64,000 nt of DNA, from positions 6,433 through 70,432 of the forward strand of contig CAVIFU010000003.1 in the NCBI GenBank assembly GCA_963642145.1, given 5' to 3'. The stretch is from Ruminococcus bicirculans (ex Wegman et al. 2014). Its GTDB lineage: Bacteria > Bacillota > Clostridia > Christensenellales > DTU072. This document shows, in pieces, positions 1 to 10,000 of this stretch. Numbering within the stretch: position 1 is the first letter of the stretch; each line of letters opens with the position of its first letter. Position numbers and translations under genes: made by a program. The notes under the pieces are model-generated. The model ran no database searches. It was not told where the DNA came from and was given only the letters and a program-made list of their open reading frames with translations.

Positions 1-1
1 C

Positions 2-652
2 ATCTGCATGCAGGCGCTGTACACCGTGTACATAGTGTTGTTAAATATCATTTTGGCTAAGTTCTCCGACGCGGCGGTAACCGTGCTCGGGCTGTATTAC
101 AAGGCGCAAAGCTTTTTCTTTATTCCGCTGTTTGGGTTACAAACTTGCATAGTTCCGGTACTCAGTTATAACTATACGCAAAAAAATTACGGACGTTGCA
201 AAGAGATTGTCAACGACTCTTTGTATATAGCTCTTGCCTTTATGGTGATAGGTATCGCGTGCTTTGAGGGTATACCCGATAAGCTCATCAAGATATTCTC
301 CGCATCCTCTACGGTGATGGCGATAGGCGTGACCGCGTTCAGAATCATCGGCACGAGCTTCATCTCCGCAGTGTTCTCTTTGATGTTCCCGGTGTTTTTC
401 CAAGCCATAGGCAAAGGGTTTAAGAGCGTGTTTCTATCCTTACTCAGGCAAATCATATGTTTGGTACCCATCTTTTGGGCGTTGTCCTATGTAGGGCTCG
501 ACTACACTTGGATATCATTCCCCGTTTCCGAAACGGTTGCCGGCGCGGTGGGACTCACACTGTATGTGAGCGAGCTCCGCAAGTGGCGCAAAGAAAGCGC
601 CGCGCGCGTTGTGCCGTCCTCCGGTGCGGAAGTCGGTTCGCAGGTAAGGTAG
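2..652 (+). CDS. MATE family efflux transporter, C-terminal fragment (5' end lies left of the window)
   Basis: The reading frame is open to the window edge. It has about 6 hydrophobic helices and the sequence character of a MATE C-terminal half (FFIPLFGLQTCIVPVLSYNY, FPVFFQAIGKG). Confidence 0.7.
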   Translation: MCMQALYTVYIVLLNIILAKFSDAAVTVLGLYYKAQSFFFIPLFGLQTCIVPVLSYNYTQKNYGRCKEIVNDSLYIALAFMVIGIACFEGIPDKLIKIFSASSTVMAIGVTAFRIIGTSFISAVFSLMFPVFFQAIGKGFKSVFLSLLRQIICLVPIFWALSYVGLDYTWISFPVSETVAGAVGLTLYVSELRKWRKESAARVVPSSGAEVGSQVR

Positions 653-687
653 AGGCGAGACGCATAGATTTCTGCATAAAAATGATG

Positions 688-716
688 TTGACAAAATATC
701 GCCGTAGGTATATTAT
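688..716 (+). promoter_or_regulatory. sigma-70-type promoter for the 751 gene
   Basis: TTGACA (688-693), 17 nt spacer, TATTAT (711-716), about 35 nt upstream of the ATG at 751. Confidence 0.6.
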
Positions 717-750
717 ATAATATATACGCGTATGCGCGCTACGGAGTTGT

Positions 751-3708
751 ATGAAAAAATTTCGCCTGACGTTGTACATAGTCGTTTTGTTAGCCATACT
801 TATTGCGGGTGGCGTTGTGGGCTGTACTCAAAGTACTTCCAAGGATGCGGCTACGTCCATACAGGTTGAAGAAACTCACGTTTACCTTGCTCCCGAGGGC
901 GATCCGAGCACGTATATTTTCAAGCCGTCGGTTTTTCCCCTCGAAACGGCAAGCCAAGAGGTCTATTATCGGTTGCTCGATTCCAAAGACAGAGAATTCG
1001 TTAACATAAGTTCGGACGGCGTTTTGCAGGCAAAGAAGCTCAAAACGGACGAGGAAGGCAATAACGTAGATATTACTTTGCGCGTAGTCAGCGCGGTTAC
1101 TCCCTCCGTGTATGTGGACGTCACCGTGACGATAGAGATTGTCGCGGTGCAGAGGATAGTTTTCAATCCCGAGAAAGTGGTTGTCGAGCTTCAATCCGAC
1201 GGAGTACAGTTGAAGCCTATATTTTATCCGTCGCACGCCATAACGGGGCGCAACGTCGATTACCAATCCGACGATATAAGCATAGCCTCGGTAGACGGTA
1301 ACGGATTTGTCACGCCGAAAAAAGTAGGACAAGTTTCCATTTGGGTCAAAACGCCCGTTCAGAGCGCTTTCGACAACCCGATTACCGGCAAAGTCACTAT
1401 AGACGTCAGATATTCCTCCTTGAATTACAGGATGGATTTGACAAGCGATAAGTCCACGCTCAACCAGATAGTTGGCAGTGCCGAGACGATAAGTTTTGTT
1501 CTGAGTCAGCTGGATTCCTCATGCGATCCCTCGCCGACCATAACTTGGTACGTAAACACCACCACCATAAACGAAATCGGCGTCAAGGACAGCAAGATTT
1601 TGAACTATACGCCGTCAACTTTGCCGGCAGGCGAATATTATATAAGAGCGGAGCTCAGGAACGGCACGCAGAAGGCGGAACTGAAGTCGGAAGTGCTGCG
1701 CATGTACAATCCGCTTGACGCCATCAGTACGGACGTGACCAACGGCAATGAGGACGAGGACGGCAACAAGAGCTTTGAAGTAGGCGATATCGCAAGACTG
1801 CTCGTAACATACGGCGCCAATAAGTATCCTCCGGAGAGCTATCGTTGGACGATAAACAAGCCGGACGGCACTGTGGAAACGTTAGACAAGGAGCGTACGC
1901 AAAACGGTAACGCCTCAAACGGCGATTTGAGCTACGCTTTAGACCAATCCGGCGAGTATACCTTTACCGCCGAAGCCGTGGTCAAAGGCAAACTGTCCGG
2001 TGTGAAGAGTACGCCCGTAACCGTAACGGTGACGGCAAGCGCCGGAATAAACACTTTGTACAATTTACATGTAGACGGCGTCAAGACGGACGAAGGGTAC
2101 GCGCCGATTCTCGGATGGGACGCCCTTCCCTACGAATCGGAGTTCTCGGCGGAAATACGTTTGGCGGACGGCAATACATACGCCTTCTCTTCCGAAAAGG
2201 ATTCGGACGCATTCGGATACGATTATTTCATCGTGCCGTCTGAAGTCGCCGACTTTACCGTAGACTTCGAGGTGCGCGTCAGGGACGGTGAAAACCGCTG
2301 GACGGAATGGGTGTCTTATACCGCCAATACCGTCACGTCCGATAAATTCGGGTATTTCGATACGTTGGTAGGCGATTTCAACGCATACATCGCGGATATG
2401 GAAGAACTCGGCAAACTGCTCGATTACATCACGGTATTCAGACCCGAGAGCCTGTTGCAGTCGGGAGAAACCGATATATATGAATTTACGTTGTATATTC
2501 CGTTCGCGTACGACGATTTGCCGGAGGACGTATATCATTTGTCGGCAAACGACGTTCCGAGCAGCGATAATACTCCGTCATACGTCAATGCCTATAAATT
2601 GATAGTTTCCGCGATGCGTACTTACGTGGAATCGACGGCGTTCAGGCTGGGCTTGCCGTCAACGTCGATACGCGGCGCCAACACCATACAAATCGAGATC
2701 AAAATGAACAAAGAACCGCAAAGCGCCACTTCATATGCCGAAGGCGACGAGAAATACGTGTATGAAGACGTTGACTTTGCTTGGGACAAAGGTAGCGGAG
2801 AAGAAAGAACCCTCGCGATAGACGGCATCGGCAGAAACATGACGGTGGAAACGAGCAATCAGCTGTACTTAGCCGTACAATACGGTTACAAACCCGTACC
2901 GGTAGAGGGTAGCGCGGCTGAAAGGATATACAAAAAGGCAAGAGCAGCGCTTTATGCCTCGACAGACGGCAACGATACTGTCGTAGATAAGGCGCGCGAT
3001 ATTTACAGATGGATAGCGCAAAACGTCCGCTATGACTACAAGATAGCGGCAACGGAAGCGGAAAATCTGTATTTGTACGACAGCTTCTACTTGGAAGGCG
3101 TATTCGATGACGGGGTAGCCGTTTGCGACGGTATGGCAAAGGCGTACGCGCTGTTACTGCGCATGGAAGGCATACTCGCATACAAAGTTTGCGGACAGAC
3201 GCTCGACGGCGGCGGACACGCTTGGAACAAATTCCTTACCGCCGACGGTTGGGTAGGCTCCGACGTAACTTGGGGCAACGCCAAGATGACCGTTGACGAA
3301 AACGGCTCCGCCAAGAGAATAGAGCTTGTCGCGTTCGAGTATTTCATGATGACGGACGCGGATTTGGATGAAACGGGACGCTTGACTTACGGCGCGTATC
3401 CGTCTACCGCCAAGGTCGTTTCTTCCGCGTTTGGCGAAGATATCGGCTCGGGATACGACATGATAACAGATTCCGACGAAGAGCTTATCTATCAGGTAGG
3501 CACGTACCTCAAATCGCACATGGGCGAGTCCGGCGAAGTTTGGATGGAAATAACGGTATCCGACGAATATGTAGCCTCCAAGAGCGACGACGTCTCCGAC
3601 GCGTTGGCGCAGATAAATACCGTTATAGGGAATAGCGCCGGCGACGGATATAAGGCGACGGCGTATTCATCGGAGAACAGAATTTACGTAAGACTTGTAA
3701 GGAGTTAA
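751..3708 (+). CDS. Surface lipoprotein with Ig-like (Big_2-type) domains and a C-terminal transglutaminase-like cysteine-protease core
   Basis: GGAG RBS at 743-746. The signal peptide carries the lipobox VVGC. A Big_2-like segment lies near 1150-1350. The Cys-His-Asp triad context is VAVCDGMAKAY (Cys codon 3124-3126), GGGHAWNKF (His 3217-3219) and GSDVTWG (Asp 3262-3264). Confidence 0.8.
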   Translation: MKKFRLTLYIVVLLAILIAGGVVGCTQSTSKDAATSIQVEETHVYLAPEGDPSTYIFKPSVFPLETASQEVYYRLLDSKDREFVNISSDGVLQAKKLKTDEEGNNVDITLRVVSAVTPSVYVDVTVTIEIVAVQRIVFNPEKVVVELQSDGVQLKPIFYPSHAITGRNVDYQSDDISIASVDGNGFVTPKKVGQVSIWVKTPVQSAFDNPITGKVTIDVRYSSLNYRMDLTSDKSTLNQIVGSAETISFVLSQLDSSCDPSPTITWYVNTTTINEIGVKDSKILNYTPSTLPAGEYYIRAELRNGTQKAELKSEVLRMYNPLDAISTDVTNGNEDEDGNKSFEVGDIARLLVTYGANKYPPESYRWTINKPDGTVETLDKERTQNGNASNGDLSYALDQSGEYTFTAEAVVKGKLSGVKSTPVTVTVTASAGINTLYNLHVDGVKTDEGYAPILGWDALPYESEFSAEIRLADGNTYAFSSEKDSDAFGYDYFIVPSEVADFTVDFEVRVRDGENRWTEWVSYTANTVTSDKFGYFDTLVGDFNAYIADMEELGKLLDYITVFRPESLLQSGETDIYEFTLYIPFAYDDLPEDVYHLSANDVPSSDNTPSYVNAYKLIVSAMRTYVESTAFRLGLPSTSIRGANTIQIEIKMNKEPQSATSYAEGDEKYVYEDVDFAWDKGSGEERTLAIDGIGRNMTVETSNQLYLAVQYGYKPVPVEGSAAERIYKKARAALYASTDGNDTVVDKARDIYRWIAQNVRYDYKIAATEAENLYLYDSFYLEGVFDDGVAVCDGMAKAYALLLRMEGILAYKVCGQTLDGGGHAWNKFLTADGWVGSDVTWGNAKMTVDENGSAKRIELVAFEYFMMTDADLDETGRLTYGAYPSTAKVVSSAFGEDIGSGYDMITDSDEELIYQVGTYLKSHMGESGEVWMEITVSDEYVASKSDDVSDALAQINTVIGNSAGDGYKATAYSSENRIYVRLVRS

Positions 3709-3709
3709 T

Positions 3710-4549
3710 ATGGAATACAGGTTAGACACATGTTTTCTCGGCAAAATGCTTGTGCTGAGCGACGGCAAAATCGAAGTCGGCGTTACTTTGGACGTCGGTC
3801 CGAGAATTATCAAACTCAACAAAATAGGCTCGGAATCCGTCATGTATGAAGATGTCTGCGAGTCCGTTACGCGCGACGTTTCCGCGGAGTATGGCGATGG
3901 CAAAAAGTGGCGTATTTTCGGCGGACATCGCGTCTGGCTGTCTCCGGAAGACAACACAACCTACTACCCGGACTGCACTCCCGTCGATTACGAAATAACC
4001 GAGGACGGCGCGATATTTACTCCCAAGCCTTGGACGGAAGTCGGCGTGGCGCCGAGTTTGAAGATAGTTATGCTCGGCGACGGCAGACTCGACGTGGTGA
4101 TGAACGTCAAAAACATAAGCGGAATTACGCGTAACCTATGCGTGTGGGCGTTGACCGTGCTCAAAGTGGGCAGCGTCGTCACCGTGCCGCTTTCGACGGA
4201 GGACACGGGCTTCCTTGCCAACAGAAATATAGTTTTTTGGCATTACAACGACCTTGCGGACAAGAGATTTACCCTCGAAAACGACAAGTTTATCCTCCGC
4301 GGAGAGGCAAGTGCCGAAGGTCCGTTCAAAGTGGGAACTTGGCTCAAACACGTCAAAGCCGAATACAAATATAAAGATACCGTGTTCGTCAAAGAGACCG
4401 AGGGCATAAACTATAACGAGCCCGACTTCTGTTGCAATATGGAAACGTATACCAATCGTTACATCCACGAGGTTGAAACGCTTTCGCCCATATGCACGGT
4501 GGCGGACGGCGAAACGCTTACGCACATCGAGAAATGGAGCGTGAGATAG
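3710..4549 (+). CDS. Hypothetical beta-sandwich protein, possibly DUF4380 / aldose-epimerase-like
   Basis: AAGGAG RBS, and the start lies 1 nt after the previous stop. The GGHRVWLSPED motif resembles DUF4380-type proteins. The function call is weak. Confidence 0.55.
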   Translation: MEYRLDTCFLGKMLVLSDGKIEVGVTLDVGPRIIKLNKIGSESVMYEDVCESVTRDVSAEYGDGKKWRIFGGHRVWLSPEDNTTYYPDCTPVDYEITEDGAIFTPKPWTEVGVAPSLKIVMLGDGRLDVVMNVKNISGITRNLCVWALTVLKVGSVVTVPLSTEDTGFLANRNIVFWHYNDLADKRFTLENDKFILRGEASAEGPFKVGTWLKHVKAEYKYKDTVFVKETEGINYNEPDFCCNMETYTNRYIHEVETLSPICTVADGETLTHIEKWSVR

Positions 4550-4559
4550 CGGAGGAAAT

Positions 4560-5885
4560 ATGTTAGATAGCGGATATTTACCGATGTATCTGTATCAAAA
4601 ACGTTTTTTGGAAGGTTTATCGCGTGAAGCGCGTAAACCTTTTGTTTTGTCGCTCGAACGTGGCGAAGGCGAAAGCGAATGCTATTCGACGTATCTGTAT
4701 GAGAACGGGCACGATGCGGAAAACCTCGAATATGCCGCCAAAATCGTCAAGACGATGCTCTGGGCATACGGCGGTTACAAGTTCCGCATGTACGGCGGAG
4801 AGAGCGTTATAGAAGGGCTCGGAAAGATATATTCCGAGGACGGCGCGCGCGCGTTCGATTATCTATTTATGCGCGACGTGTACCTGAGACCCTTGGAATT
4901 CGAGTGCTCCGAATCCCCGGTGCCGCCTACCGAATGCAAGGCAAAGCCCGTAAAAAACAACGCTTGCGGATATCGCATAGGGTTTGACGCGGGCGGCTCG
5001 GACAGAAAAGTCACCGCGTGTATAAACGGCAGTCCGGTATACGAAAATGAGACTATATGGTATCCCAAACTCAATGATAATCCCGAGTATCACGAAGCAG
5101 GCATAAAAGACAGCATCGACAAAGCCCTCCGAGCTTTGGACGGCAGAGTGGACGCGATAGGCGTGTCTACCGCAGGGATTGTTGTGGACGGCGAAGTCAG
5201 GGTGGCGTCGCTGTTTCGCATGGTTCCCAAGGAGCTGTTCGCAACGCGCATAAGACCGATATACCTTAATCTCGGCAAGGAATACTCTTGCCCGGTGGCG
5301 GTAGCCAACGACGGCGACGTGACGGCGCTTGCCGGGGCATATTCGCGCGGACGCGGTAACCTTTTGGGTATGGCAATGGGCACAAGTCTTGCCGGGGGAT
5401 ACGTAGACGGCGATATGCGCATCCGCGGTTGTCTGAACGAGCTTGCCTTTGTGCCGGTAGACGCCAACCCGAACGCCGCCGAGGACGAGTGGAGCGGAGA
5501 TAGGGGCGTTGGCGTGATGTATCATTCCCAAGACGGCGTTATCAAGCTTGCGGAAGAGGCGAATATAGATATGGGAGCTGCGAATTCTCCCGCCGAAAAG
5601 CTGAAAATTGTGCAGTCGCTTGCCGAAGAAGGCGACGATCGCGCGATAGCGGTATTCGAGCGCATGGGCGATTACTTCGGATATACCATTCTGTGGTTGA
5701 AGGAATTCTACAAAATCGAGGCGGTCATATTCCTCGGGCGCGTGGCTTCCGGCAAAGGAGGCGATACGCTCATGGCAAGGGCAAAAGAAATACTCAAACA
5801 AGAAGGCGACGACACCGAGATTATCCTTCCCGACGAGATGTCGAGGAGGCTCGGTCAAAGCTATACGGCGTCGAGTCTGAACTAA
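4560..5885 (+). CDS. ROK-family sugar kinase-like protein with an ~140 aa N-terminal extension
   Basis: GGAGG RBS. ASKHA/ROK-like motifs are present: GFDAGGSDRKV, IGVSTAGIVVDG, VANDGDVTALAG, GMAMGTSLAGGYV. Confidence 0.7.
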   Translation: MLDSGYLPMYLYQKRFLEGLSREARKPFVLSLERGEGESECYSTYLYENGHDAENLEYAAKIVKTMLWAYGGYKFRMYGGESVIEGLGKIYSEDGARAFDYLFMRDVYLRPLEFECSESPVPPTECKAKPVKNNACGYRIGFDAGGSDRKVTACINGSPVYENETIWYPKLNDNPEYHEAGIKDSIDKALRALDGRVDAIGVSTAGIVVDGEVRVASLFRMVPKELFATRIRPIYLNLGKEYSCPVAVANDGDVTALAGAYSRGRGNLLGMAMGTSLAGGYVDGDMRIRGCLNELAFVPVDANPNAAEDEWSGDRGVGVMYHSQDGVIKLAEEANIDMGAANSPAEKLKIVQSLAEEGDDRAIAVFERMGDYFGYTILWLKEFYKIEAVIFLGRVASGKGGDTLMARAKEILKQEGDDTEIILPDEMSRRLGQSYTASSLN

Positions 5886-5897
5886 AAGGAGACTAAT

Positions 5898-6704
5898 ATG
5901 AAACTCAACTCAAAAGCGGAAACAGTGCATGGCAAAAAGTCCGTTTACACGGATTTGGTGATATCGGCGCACCAAGACGATATCGAGATTATGTGTCCCC
6001 AAGCGATAATTAAGGGATACCAAAGTAAAGAAAACGGCATGGTTGCCGTAGTTTGTACGGATGGCGCCGGCAGCCCGAGAGCGGGCGAATTTGCCAATAT
6101 GACGGACGAAGAGATGAAGCGCGTTCGCAGAGTAGAGCAGATCCGCGCGGCAGAGGTAGGCGACTATTCCGAGCTCATCATGCTCAACTACACTTCGGCG
6201 GAAATGAAGGATAGGAACAATCCTTCTCCCGTTGAGGACATCAAGGAAATAATACTTAATTACCATCCCGAAACCATGCACATACACAACCTTGCAGACA
6301 AGCATCCGACCCACGTCGGCACGGCGATGGATTGCATCAAAGCGTTGCGCGCGATACCAAAAGAGCTCCGTCCGAAGAAGCTGTACGGATGCGAGGTGTG
6401 GCGCAGTCTGGATTGGTTGGACGACGCCGAGAAGGTAGTGTTTGACCTTACGGGATACGAGAAACTCATGCGCGACGTGCTCGACGTGTACGTCAGCCAA
6501 ATAGCCGGCGGCAAGGCGTATTGCACGGCGTCGATCGGCAGAAGATTTGCAAACGCGACATACTCCGCAAGTCACGGCGTGGACATGTGCGAGCTTGCTT
6601 CCTACGCGATGGATCTCACTCCTCTCATAGAGGACGACGACTTGGATCCGCGCGAATTCATACTCGGCAAAATCAGGAAATTCGAATCGGATTTGCTCAT
6701 ATAA
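5898..6704 (+). CDS. PIG-L / LmbE family N-acetylglucosaminyl deacetylase
   Basis: AGGAG RBS. The motif VISAHQDDIEI (AHxDD, 5967-5981) and downstream His/Asp residues are typical of the PIG-L family. Confidence 0.75.
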   Translation: MKLNSKAETVHGKKSVYTDLVISAHQDDIEIMCPQAIIKGYQSKENGMVAVVCTDGAGSPRAGEFANMTDEEMKRVRRVEQIRAAEVGDYSELIMLNYTSAEMKDRNNPSPVEDIKEIILNYHPETMHIHNLADKHPTHVGTAMDCIKALRAIPKELRPKKLYGCEVWRSLDWLDDAEKVVFDLTGYEKLMRDVLDVYVSQIAGGKAYCTASIGRRFANATYSASHGVDMCELASYAMDLTPLIEDDDLDPREFILGKIRKFESDLLI

Positions 6705-6770
6705 AACGTGGCGTTTCGCGCGGTTCTTACGCGCGTTATATAACCCACGGTTAAATTATCGTAAAACATT

Positions 6771-6799
6771 CGGCGCCCGTTCGGGCGTCGATTTTTTTT
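6771..6799 (+). terminator. Rho-independent terminator of the amino-sugar cassette
   Basis: 8 bp stem CGGCGCCC/GGGCGTCG (one G-U pair), loop GTTC, followed by ATTTTTTTT. Confidence 0.75.
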
Positions 6800-6880
6800 C
6801 ACCGAAAATTCAACCGAAATTCTTTATTCGGGCGTGCGTCGGGCGTAAGCCACAAGATATTGCGGTGATAAGCGAAAACG

Positions 6881-6904
6881 ACCGCTAAAAGCGGTGTTTT
6901 TTTG
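6881..6904 (+). terminator. Second terminator-like hairpin
   Basis: Stem ACCGCT/AGCGGT with a short A-rich loop, followed by GTTTTTTT. Confidence 0.5.
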
Positions 6905-6959
6905 TGTTCGTTGGGTGAAGAACTCTCTATTAGGCGCGTATTAAATATTATATAGGGTA

Positions 6960-6988
6960 TTGACAAACGAAAATCGTTGCCGTAAAAT
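6960..6988 (+). promoter_or_regulatory. sigma-70-type promoter of the giant gene
   Basis: TTGACA (6960-6965), 17 nt spacer, TAAAAT (6983-6988), about 100 nt upstream of the ATG at 7088. Confidence 0.65.
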
Positions 6989-7087
6989 AGTTGCGTAAGC
7001 GGACCGTATCGGTCCCGTTTGCGTATATACGCGCGTGACGCGCTTTGCGAAACGCCCGTAACTCCACCACCTCAAGGAGATTTCGCA

Positions 7088-10000
7088 ATGAAAAAGAGTT
7101 TGCTTTACAAGTCGGTGCTGGCACTGCTCATAGTGTCGCTCGCTTTGGTCCTCTTTGCCTGTTCGCCGAGGGAGAACACGTCTACCGATTCCGACGTCAT
7201 CCAAGGCGACAAAACGGACGTTGTTGAAGAAACGCGCCTGACGCAGGAGATTAAGCACCAAGAAGCCGAACAGATGATTAAGGACGGTATCGCCAACAAC
7301 AAGGCATACTATACTTGTTCCGACGATCCCGAGTGGTTCGTCATGGACGTAACGTTCGATTATTCGTTCGAGTACTTCTGGCTCGATTCCGCAGAAAGGG
7401 AGAGTACGAGCACCGCTTGCAAAGCCGTGCTCAAAGCGAACATCAATCTCAAAAACAACCAAAGAAGTCAGCTCTACTTCCAGATACTTAACGCGAACAG
7501 CGTGCCGGTATTTTGCGTTTACTACGCTTCGGGATACACGTATCTGGTGGTCGGTACCGATAAGTACTACATGCCGGAACTCAACTTTACAGAGGTGGGA
7601 AGTTTGGTTTACGGCGCTATCGCGGGTAACGACATAAATGTATTGCAAATCGTCAGCGGCTTTGTAACGGGCAGTTCTACGGGATTGGAATCGTTGCTCG
7701 GACAATATGCGGGCATGTTGTCGCTTGCAAAAAGTCTCGTTTTCAAAAACAAATCTTACGCCACGCAATACAATTACGACGCCGAAAACAAAATTTACAA
7801 AAGTCGTGACGTCGCAAGGGAGATAAAACTCAACGAAACGTTAAGTCTGCTGTGCGGTTCGGGTCTGAATCTCGGATCGTTGAATCTTTCGTTTGCCGGG
7901 ATATGGGACTTGGTCGGCTTGAACTTAGACCCCGTGCTCGGACAATTTTTGGGCTTCACCTTCGAGGGGCTGGGCGCCAAGGATTGGCCGTCGATGAGCG
8001 CGTACCTCACCACGCACACGGAGCTCGAAACATTTACCAAAACAAGCGATACGGGCATGGATTACACCGCGCAGGATTACGTAACCAAGGGTATAAACAT
8101 AACCATAAATACGGCTGCCGACGTAGAAGCCACGCGTGAAAAGTACGCGGGCTACACGCCTGCCGATATGGGCGAATCGGAGAAGGTTGAAGAATACTCC
8201 GTAAGTATAGACCTCTCGCCGATTTTGTTGTATGCGAGCGACAGCCCGATAAGCATTAACTTCGGCGAACTCGGATTAAACGAAACCGGGCGTCAGAATA
8301 CATATTCGCAAGGCAGTATCGGCAATATAGGGCTCGGAGCCACGTTGTTCGTCGAAAACGACGCCGACGGCAAAGTTACCGTAAATTCCGTTTTGGGCAA
8401 GGCGTTAGACGTCAATTTGGGCGCGCTCGGCGATATGGCTATCAATTTCCCTTACGCGGCGCGTTACGAGCTGAGCCTCGACGTCAAAGTCGCGCTCGAC
8501 TTTTTCAGCGCGCAAGCCACTCAGGCGGAAATTACGATCGCCTACAACGATTCTCCGCTGATAAGAGCCTTCCTCGACGGTACGGACTTATATTTGAATT
8601 TTGACGACGTCAAGTCGTTCTCGGGCGCCATAATCCCCAAAGTCAAGCTTTCGGGATTCAGCGTGAACGGATTGCTGTCGGACGTATTGAATAAAATCAA
8701 ACCCTACATAGACCCTAACTACACCAAGGTGAGTTCCGTCCTGAACGCTTCCGGCAGTTCGGGCTCCGCAGAGGAGGAAGGCGGTAGTTCCGTAGACGTA
8801 ATGAGCATACTCAAAGTAGTGCTCAACAACTTGGATCTCCCCGGCAGAGGCGAGTACCGCGTAGACAAATACGGCGATATCGTTCGCGACGCGGACGGCA
8901 ACCCCGTACCCAACGACTGGAACATCGCGCTCGTGCTCGATAGCGAAACGCTCTCGGAGATCGTCGGTATGATTATGCCTCTCAACGGCAATTTCGGCGA
9001 TGACCTCCAAGTCAAATTATCGTTTAACCAATTAGACTTCCTCAATACCATAGCTCTCGACGTAGACGTTACCGATACCGTCAGAATGGGATTGACTTTG
9101 GACACGATATCCTTTATCAAAGAGCACGACTTCGAGAACTACAACCTTGTCGACTCGGAAGAAAAACGCGGTGCGTATACGGATGTATCGGCGTTCCTGA
9201 TCAACTATAACTACAACATGTTCATGTACGGTGAAGTCGATCTCGGTATGCAGGAAACTTCCGACAGAGGCATAGATCTCGGCGGACTCATCGGACAATT
9301 CATAGACGGATTGTTGCTCTCCGTGCACGTGGAGCGCGGTCAAGACATACGCTTTGCGTATAAATTGGAAGCGAACACGAATATTACCGACCTCACCCAG
9401 ACGGAACTTAAACTGACCGTATACAACCCGAATAACGAAACGGTGTACATACGTCTGTTCTATATCGGACGCACGGATACGGTACTTATAGATTTGCAGA
9501 ATTTCTCCGCTTTGGAAGATCAAATCAACGGTTTGAGCTCGATAGGCGAATTGCCGAGGCTTAAATACGAGAACTTGGGGCTCAAAGATACGCTTGCGAG
9601 TATCGATATCGTCGGCGTACTCAGCGGAATACTTACCGGACAAAGCGAGCAAAACGGACCTTACTCCATGACGTTGGATACTTCCGATCCCGACTTCATA
9701 GTCAAGACGCGCGACGCCATAGTAGGACTTTTGAGCGTGTTCGGCGCGATAAATTCCATTGACGGCTCTATCGACAAAGACGGACTGAATAATGTTTTGA
9801 AGGCGCTCTACGGAGCGGAAGACGACGGTGCGGACGGCGAAACCGGATCGGGCATAGATATGATGACGATACTCGGCGCCGCTCTCGACGGAGTGAACGT
9901 CGACGCCATAGCCGGCACCCTTACCGCAAATATAGCCGCCAACGTGTTGAGCGTGCTCATGACGCTGTTGCTTGCGCCGGTAGACGAATTCGGCAATCCC

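Noticed and set aside
7019-7087. Upstream ATG at 7019 as the start of the giant ORF (track coordinates 7019..35317).
   Set aside because: No RBS precedes 7019. ATG 7088 has AAGGAG 8 nt upstream and starts a textbook lipoprotein signal peptide, and the promoter -10 ends at 6988.
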